Notes: generated from the sequence alone by a model not told the origin. 64,000 nucleotides of DNA from Acidobacteriota bacterium (GCA_963666055.2 CAXWPH010000015.1:640001-704000); one strand, 5' to 3'. Positions 18,493-28,950 are shown, counted from the first letter of the stretch. Program-made: numbers and translations.

Positions 18493-18602
18493 GCTTCTGG
18501 GGGCTCCTGTTCTACGTCTCGACAGCGGTCGTCTACATTGCGGTCGGAGCGACTGTCGTGGGCTGGATCCGGTCGCTACGCTCCGACCCGCCGCACCGCT
18601 AG
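18489..18602 (+). CDS. 37-aa single-TM small protein coupled to the SSS transporter
   Basis: ATGA overlap with the SSS stop, GGAGG about 10 nt upstream; translation MSFWGLLFYVSTAVVYIAVGATVVGWIRSLRSDPPHR*. Confidence 0.65.
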   Translation: MSFWGLLFYVSTAVVYIAVGATVVGWIRSLRSDPPHR

Positions 18603-18615
18603 CAGGCCGTTGCTA
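18599..18615. repeat. Remnant of the CTAG element end
   Basis: CTAGCAGGCCGTTGCTA: 12-bp match to the family TIR, located on a TAG stop between convergent genes. Confidence 0.5.
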
Positions 18616-18628
18616 CGCGACGCGCAGG

Positions 18629-20275
18629 TCATCTTCGCTCGTAGACGACCTTGCCATCCACGATCGTGATGTCTGCCTTGATCGACATGAGCTGATCGGG
18701 CGGCACGCTCAGCGGATCATCGCTCAGCACCACCATGTCGGCGAGCTTCCCTACTTCGAGGCTGCCCTTGATGTCTTCCTCGAACCCCGAGTACGCCGCC
18801 CAGATGGTGTGCATCTTGATGGCATCCATTACCGAGATCGCCTCGTCCGGATCGACCTCGGTACCGAACTTGCTGGTGCGCAGTACAGCACGCGTGAACG
18901 AGAACATCGGGTTAATCGAGAACGGCTGGGTACCAACCGAATCGGCGTTGCCAGGTGGGCGGAAGCCTCGATCGATGAGCGTCTTGAGAACGTAGAGGCG
19001 CGGCCGCCCCGGCTGCTGCAACAGTTCGTTGGTGGTGCGCCAGATGAAGGATGCTTGTGGCACCGGAATGACGTTGAGCTGCTCCATGCGGTCGAGAATC
19101 TTGTCGTCGACCAGGAAATTTCCGAAGTGCTCGATGCGGTGGCGGTGGTCCTCGCGTGGGTATTTTTCGAGAGCTGCCTCGAAAGCGTCGAGGGCGAGAT
19201 TCTGGGCCCGGTCGCCGTTGCAGTGGATCCAGACCTGCCAGCCGGCGGCGTGCGCTTTCTCCACTTCCTCGCGTAGCTGCTCAGGCGAGCGGCTCAGGTT
19301 GCCGAAGTTGTCGGTGGTTCCATAAGCCGGTGCGGAGGTGGCCGCGGTGGTTCCCCAGACGCCATCGAGCAGGATCTTGATGCCACCGATCTTCAGCCAG
19401 TCATCGCCGAAGCCGGTGCGCAGCCCGGTGCTAAGAAGGGCGTCGAGGTCAAAGCTGCGTAGGAAAAACGAGATCGACAGCCTGACGGGTGGCAGCTCGC
19501 CAGCGTCACGAAGTTCCTGGTAGGCACGTATCCCGTCGAGGCTGTCCATCGTGTACACGCTGGTCACGCCCTGCTCGAGCCACAGCTTCGTCAGTGTCGG
19601 CGGAATCACTCGCAGCGTGTCCTCGTAGGTCGGGATCGGAGTGTGGAGCAACTGCCGCGCGTCGCGGAAGATCCCGGTGGGCTCTCCGTCTGCGTCCCTC
19701 TCGATCACGCCGCCAGGTGGGGCGACCGTGTTGCGCGTTATGCCCGAGACCTCCATCGCCATGCGATTGGCGACCACATCGTGGGCGCTCCAGCGAATCA
19801 CCACAGGGTGATCGGGAACCGCCACATCGAGCTGTTCGCGGCTGGGCATCGGCTGGTAGTAGGTACCCTGCCCCTCGATCCAGGCGCCCGGCGGCAGCTC
19901 GGCCGCCCGCGCTTTCACCGCCTCGAGCACGTCTTGTGCGGTCTCGAGCGGCGGGATCGCAACCGGCAGGCGAAACGCGTCGCCCTGGGAGCTGCCCTCG
20001 ACATGGTTGTGAGCGTCGATGAACCCGGGAAGCAAGACGCGGCCACCCAGCTCGATGACCTGCGTGTGCGCGCCTACCAACGCGTCGATCGCCACATTAG
20101 ATCCGACCGCAACGATTCGGTTCCCCGCGACCGCCACCGCCTCGGCGATCGTCCCCGCTTCATCGACGGCGACGACCTTGCCGCCGCGCAGAATCAGGTC
20201 GGCCGAAGTCTGAGAGGCTGGCTGGGTGAACCCCAACCCGGCGACGAGGATCAACAGCAGCGCGACGTTCTGCAC
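18629..20275 (-). CDS. Exported amidohydrolase 3 (YtcJ-like)
   Basis: PGFIDAHNH, GIKILLDG, IHCNGDRA, RHRIEH, KGSLEVGKLADMVVLS. Confidence 0.9.
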   Translation of the reverse strand: MQNVALLLILVAGLGFTQPASQTSADLILRGGKVVAVDEAGTIAEAVAVAGNRIVAVGSNVAIDALVGAHTQVIELGGRVLLPGFIDAHNHVEGSSQGDAFRLPVAIPPLETAQDVLEAVKARAAELPPGAWIEGQGTYYQPMPSREQLDVAVPDHPVVIRWSAHDVVANRMAMEVSGITRNTVAPPGGVIERDADGEPTGIFRDARQLLHTPIPTYEDTLRVIPPTLTKLWLEQGVTSVYTMDSLDGIRAYQELRDAGELPPVRLSISFFLRSFDLDALLSTGLRTGFGDDWLKIGGIKILLDGVWGTTAATSAPAYGTTDNFGNLSRSPEQLREEVEKAHAAGWQVWIHCNGDRAQNLALDAFEAALEKYPREDHRHRIEHFGNFLVDDKILDRMEQLNVIPVPQASFIWRTTNELLQQPGRPRLYVLKTLIDRGFRPPGNADSVGTQPFSINPMFSFTRAVLRTSKFGTEVDPDEAISVMDAIKMHTIWAAYSGFEEDIKGSLEVGKLADMVVLSDDPLSVPPDQLMSIKADITIVDGKVVYERR

Positions 20276-20363
20276 GTGGTTCGCACCCGGTCAGTGGGCG
20301 GCTGGCAGGCTGCCGATCCGCCCGTAATGGAGGAATAGGTTCCGGGATCGGCGACAACGAGCG

Positions 20364-20950
20364 TCACGGCCCCCGACATTGGGCTCGTTGTACCCCCGGG
20401 ACGTCGAGCAACGCAACCTCCGCGACGCTAGTTGGCGCGTAGGCTGCGGACAGGATCCTGCGCCGTGGCGCGGCGAGCGGGAACCAGGCAAGCGACTCAT
20501 CCACGGGGATCTCCGGAGCGACGGCCCAGACCGCCTGACGAACCTCGGCAGCGACTTGCAATCCCGGCTCGACCCGCACGGCGAAGTAGTAGCGGCCAAA
20601 GTAAACGCTCCACTCATCCAACAGAATGTAGACCAGGGGGCCCGGCTCCTCACTTTGCCCCCAATGATGGACGTCCTCGAGCACCCCGCCGATCTCGACG
20701 TCAATGTCGGGCGACAGGTCGCCCGTGATAACAAACGGCAGGGTCGTTCCCAGGCCCGCCTGGCGAACGCCCGGTATGGCGCGCAGGCGCTGCAACATGT
20801 TGCGGACCGCGACCGTGCGCGCCTCGCCGTCGTACCGCTCGACGGGAACGCGGAAGGTGATCAAGTCCTCGGTATCGAAGCCGGGCTCGACCGCAGTAAG
20901 ACGCAAGCAGCTGTGAAACAGCAGCCCGGCGCCGACCAACAGCACGACGC
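20364..20950 (-). pseudogene. Remnant of an ADOP/MacB-type ABC permease
   Basis: VLLVGAGLL.HS..RL.AVEPGFD, LQRLRAIPGV..AGL.T.LP, EIGGV..DVHH, VRQAVW.V.PEIPV: an internal fragment lacking both termini and part of the periplasmic domain. Confidence 0.75.
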
Positions 20951-20967
20951 CTTGATCTTGCGGCCCG

Positions 20968-22677
20968 CTAGCGAGGGCGCTGCCGCTCCAGCACCACGCC
21001 CGGGAGCTCCATGGTCGGTTCTCCCCCGTCGACCACGAAGCTACCGTTCGCCAGCACCCAGGTCATCCCTTCCTGGTAGACGTAGGGGTTCAGGTAGGTA
21101 GCCTCGCTGCGCACCGTGTCGGGGTTAAACACTACGAGGTCGGCCTTCTGGCCAACCGCAACCCGACCGCGATCGGTGAGGCCCAGGATCTGCGCCGACA
21201 GGCCGGTCATCGAGCGGATCGCATGCGGCAGCGTGATCGTGCCGCGATTGAAGACGAACTCGCGCAGCAGCCGCCCCGAGGTGCCGTACTCCCCCGGGTG
21301 GGTCGACTTGCTGGTGCGGCTGCCGTCGTCGGACCCGCGGTCGAGCGACACGGCGGTGTAGTCCTGCCGCATCCATTCCTCGATGTCGATCATGCCGACG
21401 GCCTTGGCCATCCAGAGCACCCCGCCGGGCTGATCCAGACCGTTCATTTGTAGCCAGATAATGGTGCCGAAGAGGTCGCCGCCACGCTCATCCACCACTT
21501 CAGCGAGCGTTTTGCCCACCAAGGCCGGATCAGGAAAGTCGACGATGATCAGGTTGTCGGCGCCGCCCTGACGGATCATCTCGTACTCGGCGTCGGTGCG
21601 AATCATCTCGCGCAGCTCGGGATCGAGCAGTCGTTCCTCGAGGTTGCCCAGCATGTCGGTGTAGTCGGCCGGCGGAAAGTCGTCGGAGGCACTCTGGCCT
21701 GGCACCTCCTCGCGCACCAGCGCCCAGCGCGGCACCAGCGTCACGTAGGCGGAGTAGCCCTCGTAGGAGTGCATGTTGATGTAGACCTGGTGACCGTCCC
21801 GCCACGCCCCGTCGATCAGCTGCGTCGTCGCCCTGCTGAGCCCCCACTCGCGCGGCCCCTTGGGGTGGATGTGGTCGAGCATGACCGGCAGTCCCGCCAC
21901 CCTCCCCACGTTGATTACTTCCATGATGGCGTCGAGCCAGTCCACGTGTCGCTGGGTCGGATGATCCATGTGGCTCGGGAGCAGCCACTTCGAGTAGCGC
22001 CCCTGGCTGCGCATGTGGGCCTGGAAGTGCCCGCCGTACTCGGCCACGACCTTGGCCAGCTCCTGCAGCTCCTCCTCGGCGCTGTAGCGCATCGGGTTGT
22101 ACTCCAGCCCGGTGCTGAGGCCAAAGGCGCCGTCTTCCATACCTTCTCGAACCAGCGCCCTCATGCGCTCGATCTCCTCGTCGGTAGCATGGCGCATGAC
22201 CTCGTGGGGCTCCTCGCCCATCACCAGCCGGCGCACAACACCATGCCCCACCAACGGCACCAGGTTGGGCGCGTGTCCGATCCTCTCGAACGCCTCGCGT
22301 TGCTCACGCAGTGGCCAGATACCGCCGAACAGGCCGTCCGCGTTGATCACCAACGTGGTGAACCCTTGTGTCGTGTAGTTGGTTACCCGATTGTGGCCTG
22401 CCAAGATGTCGCGATCGACGTGCTCGTGCAGGCCGATGAAGCCAGGCGTCACGTAGTGACCGGCAGCATTGACGACGCGCGTGGCGGTGGCCCCATCGAG
22501 GTCCCCCAGCGCCACGATCTCGTCGCCGCGAATGCCAACGTCAGCATAAAAGAACGGATTGCCCGACCCGTCGAGAACCCGACCGTTGCGGATGATCGTG
22601 TCGAACTCCTGCGCCGGCGCCGCGCCCCAAGCCGCGGCGAGCGCCAGGGCGACAACGGGTACGCCGAATCTCTTCAT
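20968..22677 (-). CDS. Exported N-acyl-D-amino-acid deacylase-like amidohydrolase
   Basis: Signal peptide MKRFGVPVVALALAAAWGA, NGRVLDGSGNP, LHEH, GLSTGLEY, HMRSQ, KADLVVF. Start ATG 22677. Confidence 0.88.
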   Translation of the reverse strand: MKRFGVPVVALALAAAWGAAPAQEFDTIIRNGRVLDGSGNPFFYADVGIRGDEIVALGDLDGATATRVVNAAGHYVTPGFIGLHEHVDRDILAGHNRVTNYTTQGFTTLVINADGLFGGIWPLREQREAFERIGHAPNLVPLVGHGVVRRLVMGEEPHEVMRHATDEEIERMRALVREGMEDGAFGLSTGLEYNPMRYSAEEELQELAKVVAEYGGHFQAHMRSQGRYSKWLLPSHMDHPTQRHVDWLDAIMEVINVGRVAGLPVMLDHIHPKGPREWGLSRATTQLIDGAWRDGHQVYINMHSYEGYSAYVTLVPRWALVREEVPGQSASDDFPPADYTDMLGNLEERLLDPELREMIRTDAEYEMIRQGGADNLIIVDFPDPALVGKTLAEVVDERGGDLFGTIIWLQMNGLDQPGGVLWMAKAVGMIDIEEWMRQDYTAVSLDRGSDDGSRTSKSTHPGEYGTSGRLLREFVFNRGTITLPHAIRSMTGLSAQILGLTDRGRVAVGQKADLVVFNPDTVRSEATYLNPYVYQEGMTWVLANGSFVVDGGEPTMELPGVVLERQRPR

Positions 22678-22682
22678 TATCG

Positions 22683-24551
22683 TCACTCCAGAGATGCTCT
22701 TCGGGTGGCTGGTACGACGGGCAACAGCAGGTAGGAAGGCCGCCGCACATCGTGGAACACGCTCTGCTCCGCCGTCCGCAGCTCTGCATCGACGCCGAAC
22801 GTGGCTCCGGTATTGAGATTGCGGTCGAAGCGCGGGAAGTTGCTGCTGGAGATCTCCAGGCGGATCCGATGGCCCTTCTGGAACACGTTGCTGGTGGCTA
22901 GAAGATCGATCCTCAGCTCCACCGGCACGCCCGGTGCGAGCAGCTCGGGGCTCATCTTTCCGTTGCGGTAGCGGGTCCGCAAGATCCCGTCGGTGAGCGT
23001 GCGGGCGGAACCGTCCGATGCGACATCGATGAGCTTGCCGGTGAAGTCGGTGTCCGGCGCCGAGGACGCTACCCACAAGACCAGCTCGATATAGCCCGTG
23101 ACCTCGAGGTCGGCGGGCATCGCCTCGCTGCTGTAGACGAGTACATCGGAGCGCGTCTCGACGTGCGAGGGATCCGCTGGCGCGCGTGAGTAGCCGCTCA
23201 TGGCGCCGGTGGCGACCGGATCCGCAGGGTCGTAGATATAGCGATCCGGCGCTTCGTGGGCCGGAGCCACGACACTCAGGAATCCATCGCCGCCCACAGT
23301 GTTGGCGTGGCCGCCGCTGTGCAGGTAGTAGCGTACCGGCTGCGCGCGCGACAGCGGCCACTGGCGCTCGTCGCGCCACCGGTTCGCGCCCATCACGAAT
23401 ATCCGCACGGGCGCGGAATCCATCACCGACGCGTCACCACCGCGAAGCCAGAAGTCGTACCAACGGAGGAGCAAGTCCTCGTAATCGAGTCCGGCGTCCG
23501 GACCGAAATCGATGTCACCGATGCTCGTGCTCGCCAGCGTAGGGCCGGAATGCGTCCATGGGCCGACGATGAGCCGCTGCCCCCGGCGAGCTTCCCCCGT
23601 GCCGGCACCGGCTCGCAGGCCGCTGAAGTTCTCCAGAGTGCCCCGCAGCAGGGTGTCGTACCAACCGGTGACGTGCAGCGCTGGGGTCTCGAAGCTACCG
23701 TGGCGACTGGCGATGTCGAAAGTCTGCCAGAACTCGTCGTCGCTCGGGTGAGCCAGCATCTGGAAGTAACCGGGCGCAAGGCTGCGTATGTCGAGCGTAT
23801 CCATCGCCGTCAGCGGCAACTGCCAGAGCAGCTCGTCACGTACCAGAACGCGCTGCGCAGGGGTAAGCCCGATGGGGCCATCGCGATCCTCGAAGGGTGT
23901 CCCTGCCCGCCGCCGACGGACGTCGGCCGCTTGCCCCAGGTTCCAGTACAACCCGTCCGACAGGTAGAAGACACCACCTTGGAAGACCATGTCGTAGCGG
24001 CTCGAGTACGACGAGCTCGGGGCGATTGCCACCAGGTGCGGTGGCGCCAGTGATGCCGCCATGAGCTGCGTGGTGGCGAGGTAGCTGCCGCCGTACATGC
24101 CGACCTTGCCGTCGACGTAGGGGAGCGACGCCACCCACTCGACCGTGTCGAATCCGTCCGACGCCTCGTCGTGCGGCACCGCCATACCGTCGGAGGTATA
24201 GCGACCGCGGGTATCCTGCACCACGACCACGTAGCCATGTGAGCTCAGCCGGCGAAATCGCTCCGCAGAGTTGCCGCTGCTCTTGGAGTACGGCGTGCGG
24301 CGCAACAACGCTGGATAGCGCCCCGGAGCGTCTGGCCGGTAAACATCGGCGCGCAGCACGACACCGTCTCGCATGCTGGCGGCGACGTTCTTGTCGACCA
24401 CGACCTCGTACGGCTGCGACGCGTGGGTGGAACCCGCCACCGCGCCGACGACGACGCATGCCATCACCGATATGAAGCGGTTGCCTCGAAGCCGCCGGGG
24501 GGGCCGCAAGGCGTCGACTGGCAACATTGGCGCTGGTCTCCGTTGGCTCAT
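22683..24551 (-). CDS. CocE/NonD family serine hydrolase
   Basis: MRDGVVLRADVYRP, RTPYSK, QDTRGRY.SDG, GGSYLA, GWYD, GPWTH, ISSSNFPRFDRN. Exact start uncertain. Confidence 0.92.
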   Translation of the reverse strand: MSQRRPAPMLPVDALRPPRRLRGNRFISVMACVVVGAVAGSTHASQPYEVVVDKNVAASMRDGVVLRADVYRPDAPGRYPALLRRTPYSKSSGNSAERFRRLSSHGYVVVVQDTRGRYTSDGMAVPHDEASDGFDTVEWVASLPYVDGKVGMYGGSYLATTQLMAASLAPPHLVAIAPSSSYSSRYDMVFQGGVFYLSDGLYWNLGQAADVRRRRAGTPFEDRDGPIGLTPAQRVLVRDELLWQLPLTAMDTLDIRSLAPGYFQMLAHPSDDEFWQTFDIASRHGSFETPALHVTGWYDTLLRGTLENFSGLRAGAGTGEARRGQRLIVGPWTHSGPTLASTSIGDIDFGPDAGLDYEDLLLRWYDFWLRGGDASVMDSAPVRIFVMGANRWRDERQWPLSRAQPVRYYLHSGGHANTVGGDGFLSVVAPAHEAPDRYIYDPADPVATGAMSGYSRAPADPSHVETRSDVLVYSSEAMPADLEVTGYIELVLWVASSAPDTDFTGKLIDVASDGSARTLTDGILRTRYRNGKMSPELLAPGVPVELRIDLLATSNVFQKGHRIRLEISSSNFPRFDRNLNTGATFGVDAELRTAEQSVFHDVRRPSYLLLPVVPATRRASLE

Positions 24552-24663
24552 ACGATAGGCTCGCCGGAGTTGACGCTACCATCCCTCCCCGCAGTCATCG
24601 GTGGCCGGGCCGTAGCGCGCGCGCCGACCGGCAACATGGGACCGCAGCAAGGGAGACATTCGC

Positions 24664-25572
24664 GTGAGTGAGCCGATCGAGTACATAACACGCATCGGAG
24701 AAAAATACGCGTCGCTCGGCTACGGCATCTACCAATGGGCCCACGTCGAGGAGCCGCCACCCTGGCTGCCGCTGCAGAAACCGCTGTCGGAGTGTCGCCT
24801 CGGATTGATCGCCTCCGGCGGCGTCTACATCGCCGGGCAGCAGGCATTCCACTACAAGGACGACACCTCGCTGCGCGTCATTCCGAGGGACGTCAACACC
24901 GCGGATCTCCGCGCTACTCACTTCGCCTACGACCTCACCGACGCCCGCCATGATCCGAACGTGGTGTTCCCGATCGATACGCTGCGTGGCCTACAGCGCG
25001 ACGGCGTCATCGGATCGCTCGCCGAACACGCCTACACGTTCATGGGCGGGATCTACTCGTCGCGCCGCGCCCGTGAGGAGCTGGCGCCCGAGCTGGCGCG
25101 ACGGCTGTTGGCGGATCAGGTTGACGTGGCGTTGCTGGTGCCAGTTTGACCCATTTGCCATCAGTCCGTCGGACTGATCGCCAGGGACCTGGAGGAAGCG
25201 GGGATCTCCACGTTCTGCATGGCAAGCGCGCTGGACATCATGCAGGCGGCCAACCCGCCACGCATCGCTTTCCTCGACTACCCGCTCGGGCACACGGCGG
25301 GGAAACCGGATGAACCCGAGCTTCAGCGCGACATTCTCGAGCGCGTGTTCGACGGCCTGACGGCGCTGACCGCGCCCGGCACGGTCATGTTGCCGTTCAA
25401 GTGGACCGAAGACGAGGCCTGGAAGGAAACCGCCGAGCGCGGAGCGGACAAGCGGCTGCCCCGCCACGACTCACCGCAATACCAGAGCGAGGAAGATCGC
25501 CTTCTCGCCGAGGCCAATGATCCGTCATGCGCCGAATACACCCAGCAGCCGACGGCACCAACCTCGGGCTAA
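24664..25572 (+). CDS. Selenoprotein of the glycine/sarcosine/betaine/D-proline reductase B family (PrdB-like); Sec at TGA 25147-25149
   Basis: Track ORFs 24664-25149 and 25219-25572 are in one frame. Read-through gives LLVPV-U-PICHQSVGLIARDLEEAGIST (UxxC). PrdB-like motifs KPLSECRLGLIASGG and DPNVVFPID.L. SECIS-like hairpin follows. Confidence 0.9.
25160..25178 (+). promoter_or_regulatory. Bacterial SECIS-like hairpin
   Basis: ATCAGTCC-GTC-GGACTGAT: perfect 8-bp stem, small loop starting with G, with the loop G 19 nt after the UGA. Confidence 0.8.
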
Positions 25573-25580
25573 TGCGAGCG

Positions 25581-26768
25581 TTAGGCCGGTATTTCCGGAA
25601 TGCTCTGATCCAGGCCGCGCGGAATCTGCTTGTCGCCGTCGTAGAAGGGCAACGACACGATCTCGCCGGCGTGGGTCATGCCCTCGGGATCCTGCACCTC
25701 GACCTGCTTGCCTAGCCACTCACCAGGCCCGTCGAACAGCGCGAATCCAATGCCGTGTTGCAGGTACGGCGACCAGGCGCCGACCGTGACCCGGCCGACC
25801 CGTTGGCCATCGAGCATCACCTGCCCGTACGGCGCCGCCTTCAGGCTCTTGATGCCGTACAGCCGCACCCGCCTATCGGCGCTCTCGAGCGCCTGCTTGC
25901 CGATGAAGTCGGCCTTATCCATGTCGACGAACTTACCCAGGCCGGCCTGGAAGGGATTCTCCGCCGGCGTCATGTCGTTGCCGTTGCTGAGGATGCCGGC
26001 CTCGATGCGACGGCTCTCCATCGAGTCCATCGCTGTACCGACCATATCGAACGTACTCCCAGCCTCGAGAATGTGATTCCACAGCGCCGGACCATCGACG
26101 TCTTTTTGCGTCGTGTACACCTCGAAGCCAAGCTCCCCCGTCCAGCCGGTGCGCGACAGCACCAGGGGCTGCCCACCCATCGTGCACTCGGTGACGGCGA
26201 AGAAGGAGAACGGGTCGGGTGCGCCGCCGTCACAGGCGGCATCGAGAACCTCAAACGATCGTGGGCCTTGCACCTGCAACACCCACGAGTCCGGGTCGCT
26301 GACGATCACCTCCATCTCGAGACCTAGCGCCATCACCCAGCTGAAAAACTCGCCGCTCGCCAGCACATACCAGAAGCGGTCGTGGGCGAGCCGCATGAGC
26401 ACGCCGTCCATCATGATGCCGCCATCGGGGTAGCAGGCGATGGCGTATTGGGCGCGCCCGGGCTTCAGCTTCGATATGTCACGCACAAACACACGGTTCA
26501 GCAGACGCTCTGCGTCGGGTCCCGAGATCTCGATCGGGTGCTCCGGCACGTCGTAGAGCACTGCCTCGCGCCGCAGCTTCCAATAGTTGGCAACCGGGTC
26601 GTCGCCCATCGCCTCGACGGCGACCCGCCCCGCATACACGCTGTACACGGTCTCCGGCGTATATGTGCACGGAAAGAACGGCGTCCGGGCGAACCCCCAT
26701 TCCATCAGCTTGATATCGGCGTCGAGATGCTGCGGATTCGCTGGCGTGACGCGGTCTTGGGTACTCAT
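25581..26768 (-). CDS. GcvT-like aminomethyltransferase / THF-dependent demethylase (DmdA-like)
   Basis: YWKLRREAVLYDV, EISGPDA, SRTGWTGELGFEVY, RRIEAGILS.G.D, DFIGKQAL, LPFYD. Start ATG 26768. Confidence 0.85.
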   Translation of the reverse strand: MSTQDRVTPANPQHLDADIKLMEWGFARTPFFPCTYTPETVYSVYAGRVAVEAMGDDPVANYWKLRREAVLYDVPEHPIEISGPDAERLLNRVFVRDISKLKPGRAQYAIACYPDGGIMMDGVLMRLAHDRFWYVLASGEFFSWVMALGLEMEVIVSDPDSWVLQVQGPRSFEVLDAACDGGAPDPFSFFAVTECTMGGQPLVLSRTGWTGELGFEVYTTQKDVDGPALWNHILEAGSTFDMVGTAMDSMESRRIEAGILSNGNDMTPAENPFQAGLGKFVDMDKADFIGKQALESADRRVRLYGIKSLKAAPYGQVMLDGQRVGRVTVGAWSPYLQHGIGFALFDGPGEWLGKQVEVQDPEGMTHAGEIVSLPFYDGDKQIPRGLDQSIPEIPA

Positions 26769-26918
26769 GATCCCTCGGTGTGTGCGAGGCCCGAGGCGTT
26801 CGGACGGCTGATGCGTGCGCCGTTCGACACGGCGGGCATTCTTATCATGGGGTGACCGTGGCGAGAGACGATACACGCCTTCGTCGGTTGCAGTGACCCG
26901 GCGCCGATCAAGCCGACG

Positions 26919-27989
26919 TCAGCCGCCGATCGCCACCAGGTGGCGATCGGTACGGATGAAGATCCGGCCGTTCGAGATAGCCGGGGAAGCGATAACGCGC
27001 TCGTCCAGCGGGTTGCGAGACAGCACACGCGGCGAATCACCCGCCGCCACCACGACGGTCTCGCCAGTCTCGCTCACGAAGTAGACCTTGCCGTCGCCCG
27101 CCACCGGCGAGGCGGAAAAGACCCCGCCGACGCGCTCCTGCCAGACGCGCTCGCCAGTCACTGCCTTCACCGCGCTGATGATGCCGCTGCCGTTGGACAT
27201 GTAGATGTTTCCTCGATACAGCACCACCGATGAGACATACGGAGCACCGGTAGGGACGCGCCAGAGAACGTGGCTATCGGTGACGTCACCGCGGCCACCC
27301 ATACGGATCGCCATGTAGGGGCCACTCCGATGCCCACGGCTGGTGTACAGCACGCCCGCCTCATAGGTCGGTACCCCGATCGGGAATTGGTTGTTCTCGC
27401 CGGTGTGCCAGAGAAGCTCGCCGGTGCCTGGGTCGTAGGCTTCGAGTCGCTGGCTGGCGTTGACGATCAGCTCATCGCCGCCCGGCCCCGGCACGACGGT
27501 CGGCGTGCTGTACGAGGTCGTCGAGCTCGGGCGGTCGACGCGCCGCTGTTCCTCGCCGGTGCGCGCGTCAAGCCACAGAAGGTACGCGCCGGGGCCATGA
27601 TCGCACTGTAGGATGAGCGCGTCGCCGTAAAGCGTCGGCGAGCTCGCGTGCCCCCACGCGATGTTGAAGCTCTTCTCGCCCTCATCGAGCTGCCGCTGCC
27701 ATACGGCTTCGCCGCCCATGTCGACAGCGATGACCTGCCCGGTTCCGAACCACGCGTACACTCGCTCGCCGTCGGTCACCGGGCTCGGGCTGGCGAGGTT
27801 GTGCTTGTCGTGGACCGGGAACAGCCGGCCGGCGGCCTCGATCTCATGTTCCCAAAGCAGTCGCCCATCCTGCCGATCAAACGATGCTACGACGAACGCG
27901 ACACTACGATCGGTCGCTCCGGACGCATCGCCTAGCAGCCGCTCGCCCGAGTCCTTCGGGCTCGCGAAGCTCCTGGCCCCCGACGAACC
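26919..27989 (-). pseudogene. 5'-truncated PQQ-like (BamB-type) beta-propeller protein
   Basis: Frame stays open to a TGA at 27990-27992 (…FDRQDGRLLWE…KHNLASPSPVTDGERVYAWFG…, ASPAISNGRIFIRT). No start codon, signal peptide or usual N-terminal WPxWRG segment is present. Confidence 0.7.
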
Positions 27990-28073
27990 TCAGCAGGCTA
28001 CGTAGATGCTGACAGGTGCGATCACCAGCGAGGGCACGGCCTTCGTTCAACCGCCGTATGCGGATCTCCACCG

Positions 28074-28883
28074 GTGAACTCGGACGACGGCGTGAGGTCG
28101 CTTGAAGCGGCCAGGTCGGAAGGCGTCAGAGATGACCCTAGTCCGCTTGTCACAATCATTGTGCCCGTCTACAACGAGGTGGGAACGATTCAGGAGATTC
28201 TTCGACGAATTCTCCGATCGCCGATAAGAAAAGAAGTTGTCGTTGTTGATGACGGATCGACAGACGGAACACGCGAGCTGCTGATCGATCTACAGTCGAG
28301 GCAGGACAGCAACACGAGTGATTCACCGCCCGACGGCAGTTGCTCCTTATCGAACGAGAACATCCAGATCTTGTTTCACGAGCACAACAGGGGGAAAGGT
28401 GCCGCCCTACGTACTGGGTTCGGTGCGGCAGTCGGAGACATCATTCTCATTCAGGAGGCCGACCTGGAATACGATCCGAGTGACTACCCTGTTCTATTGG
28501 CTCCAATAAGGGCCGGCTTGGCGGACGTTGTATACGGATCGAGATTTCTGGGTGGCCCGCACCGGGTTCTCTATTTCTGGCATTCTGTGGCCAACGGGAT
28601 GCTTACATTGCTTTCGAACATTCTGACGGACCTCAATCTGACGGATGCGTGGACTTGCTACAAGGCCTTCCGAAGAGAGGTTCTACAGAAGATTCGACTC
28701 GAGGAGGATCGCTTCGGCTTCGAAGTAGAGTTCACAGCTGAAGTGGCGCGCGCCGGACTCTCGATCTACGAGGTGCCGGTTTCCTACCATGGAAGAACCT
28801 ATGCTGAGGGCAAGAAGATCACCTGGCGAGACGGCCTGAAGGGATTGTGGCAGACCGTAAGACACGGTCTATTCAAGCGATAG
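28074..28883 (+). CDS. Glycosyltransferase family 2 (polyprenol-phosphate glycosyltransferase/DPM1-like)
   Basis: IIVPVYNE, VVDDGSTDGT, NRGKGAAL, QEADLEYDP, VYGSRF, RFGFEVE, EVPVSY.GR...EGKKI.W.DG. Visibly lower GC than the flanks. Confidence 0.92.
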   Translation: MNSDDGVRSLEAARSEGVRDDPSPLVTIIVPVYNEVGTIQEILRRILRSPIRKEVVVVDDGSTDGTRELLIDLQSRQDSNTSDSPPDGSCSLSNENIQILFHEHNRGKGAALRTGFGAAVGDIILIQEADLEYDPSDYPVLLAPIRAGLADVVYGSRFLGGPHRVLYFWHSVANGMLTLLSNILTDLNLTDAWTCYKAFRREVLQKIRLEEDRFGFEVEFTAEVARAGLSIYEVPVSYHGRTYAEGKKITWRDGLKGLWQTVRHGLFKR

Positions 28884-28950
28884 CAAAGACCCTCAGCGGT
28901 GAGGGTCGTCACCGTTTCCGGAGTCGTTCGCGCTAGTACGAGAGCTGGGA

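Noticed and set aside
27932-27942. CTAGCAGCC resembling an element end
   Set aside because: Only a short match, and it lies in the continuous reading frame (RLLG) of the propeller gene.
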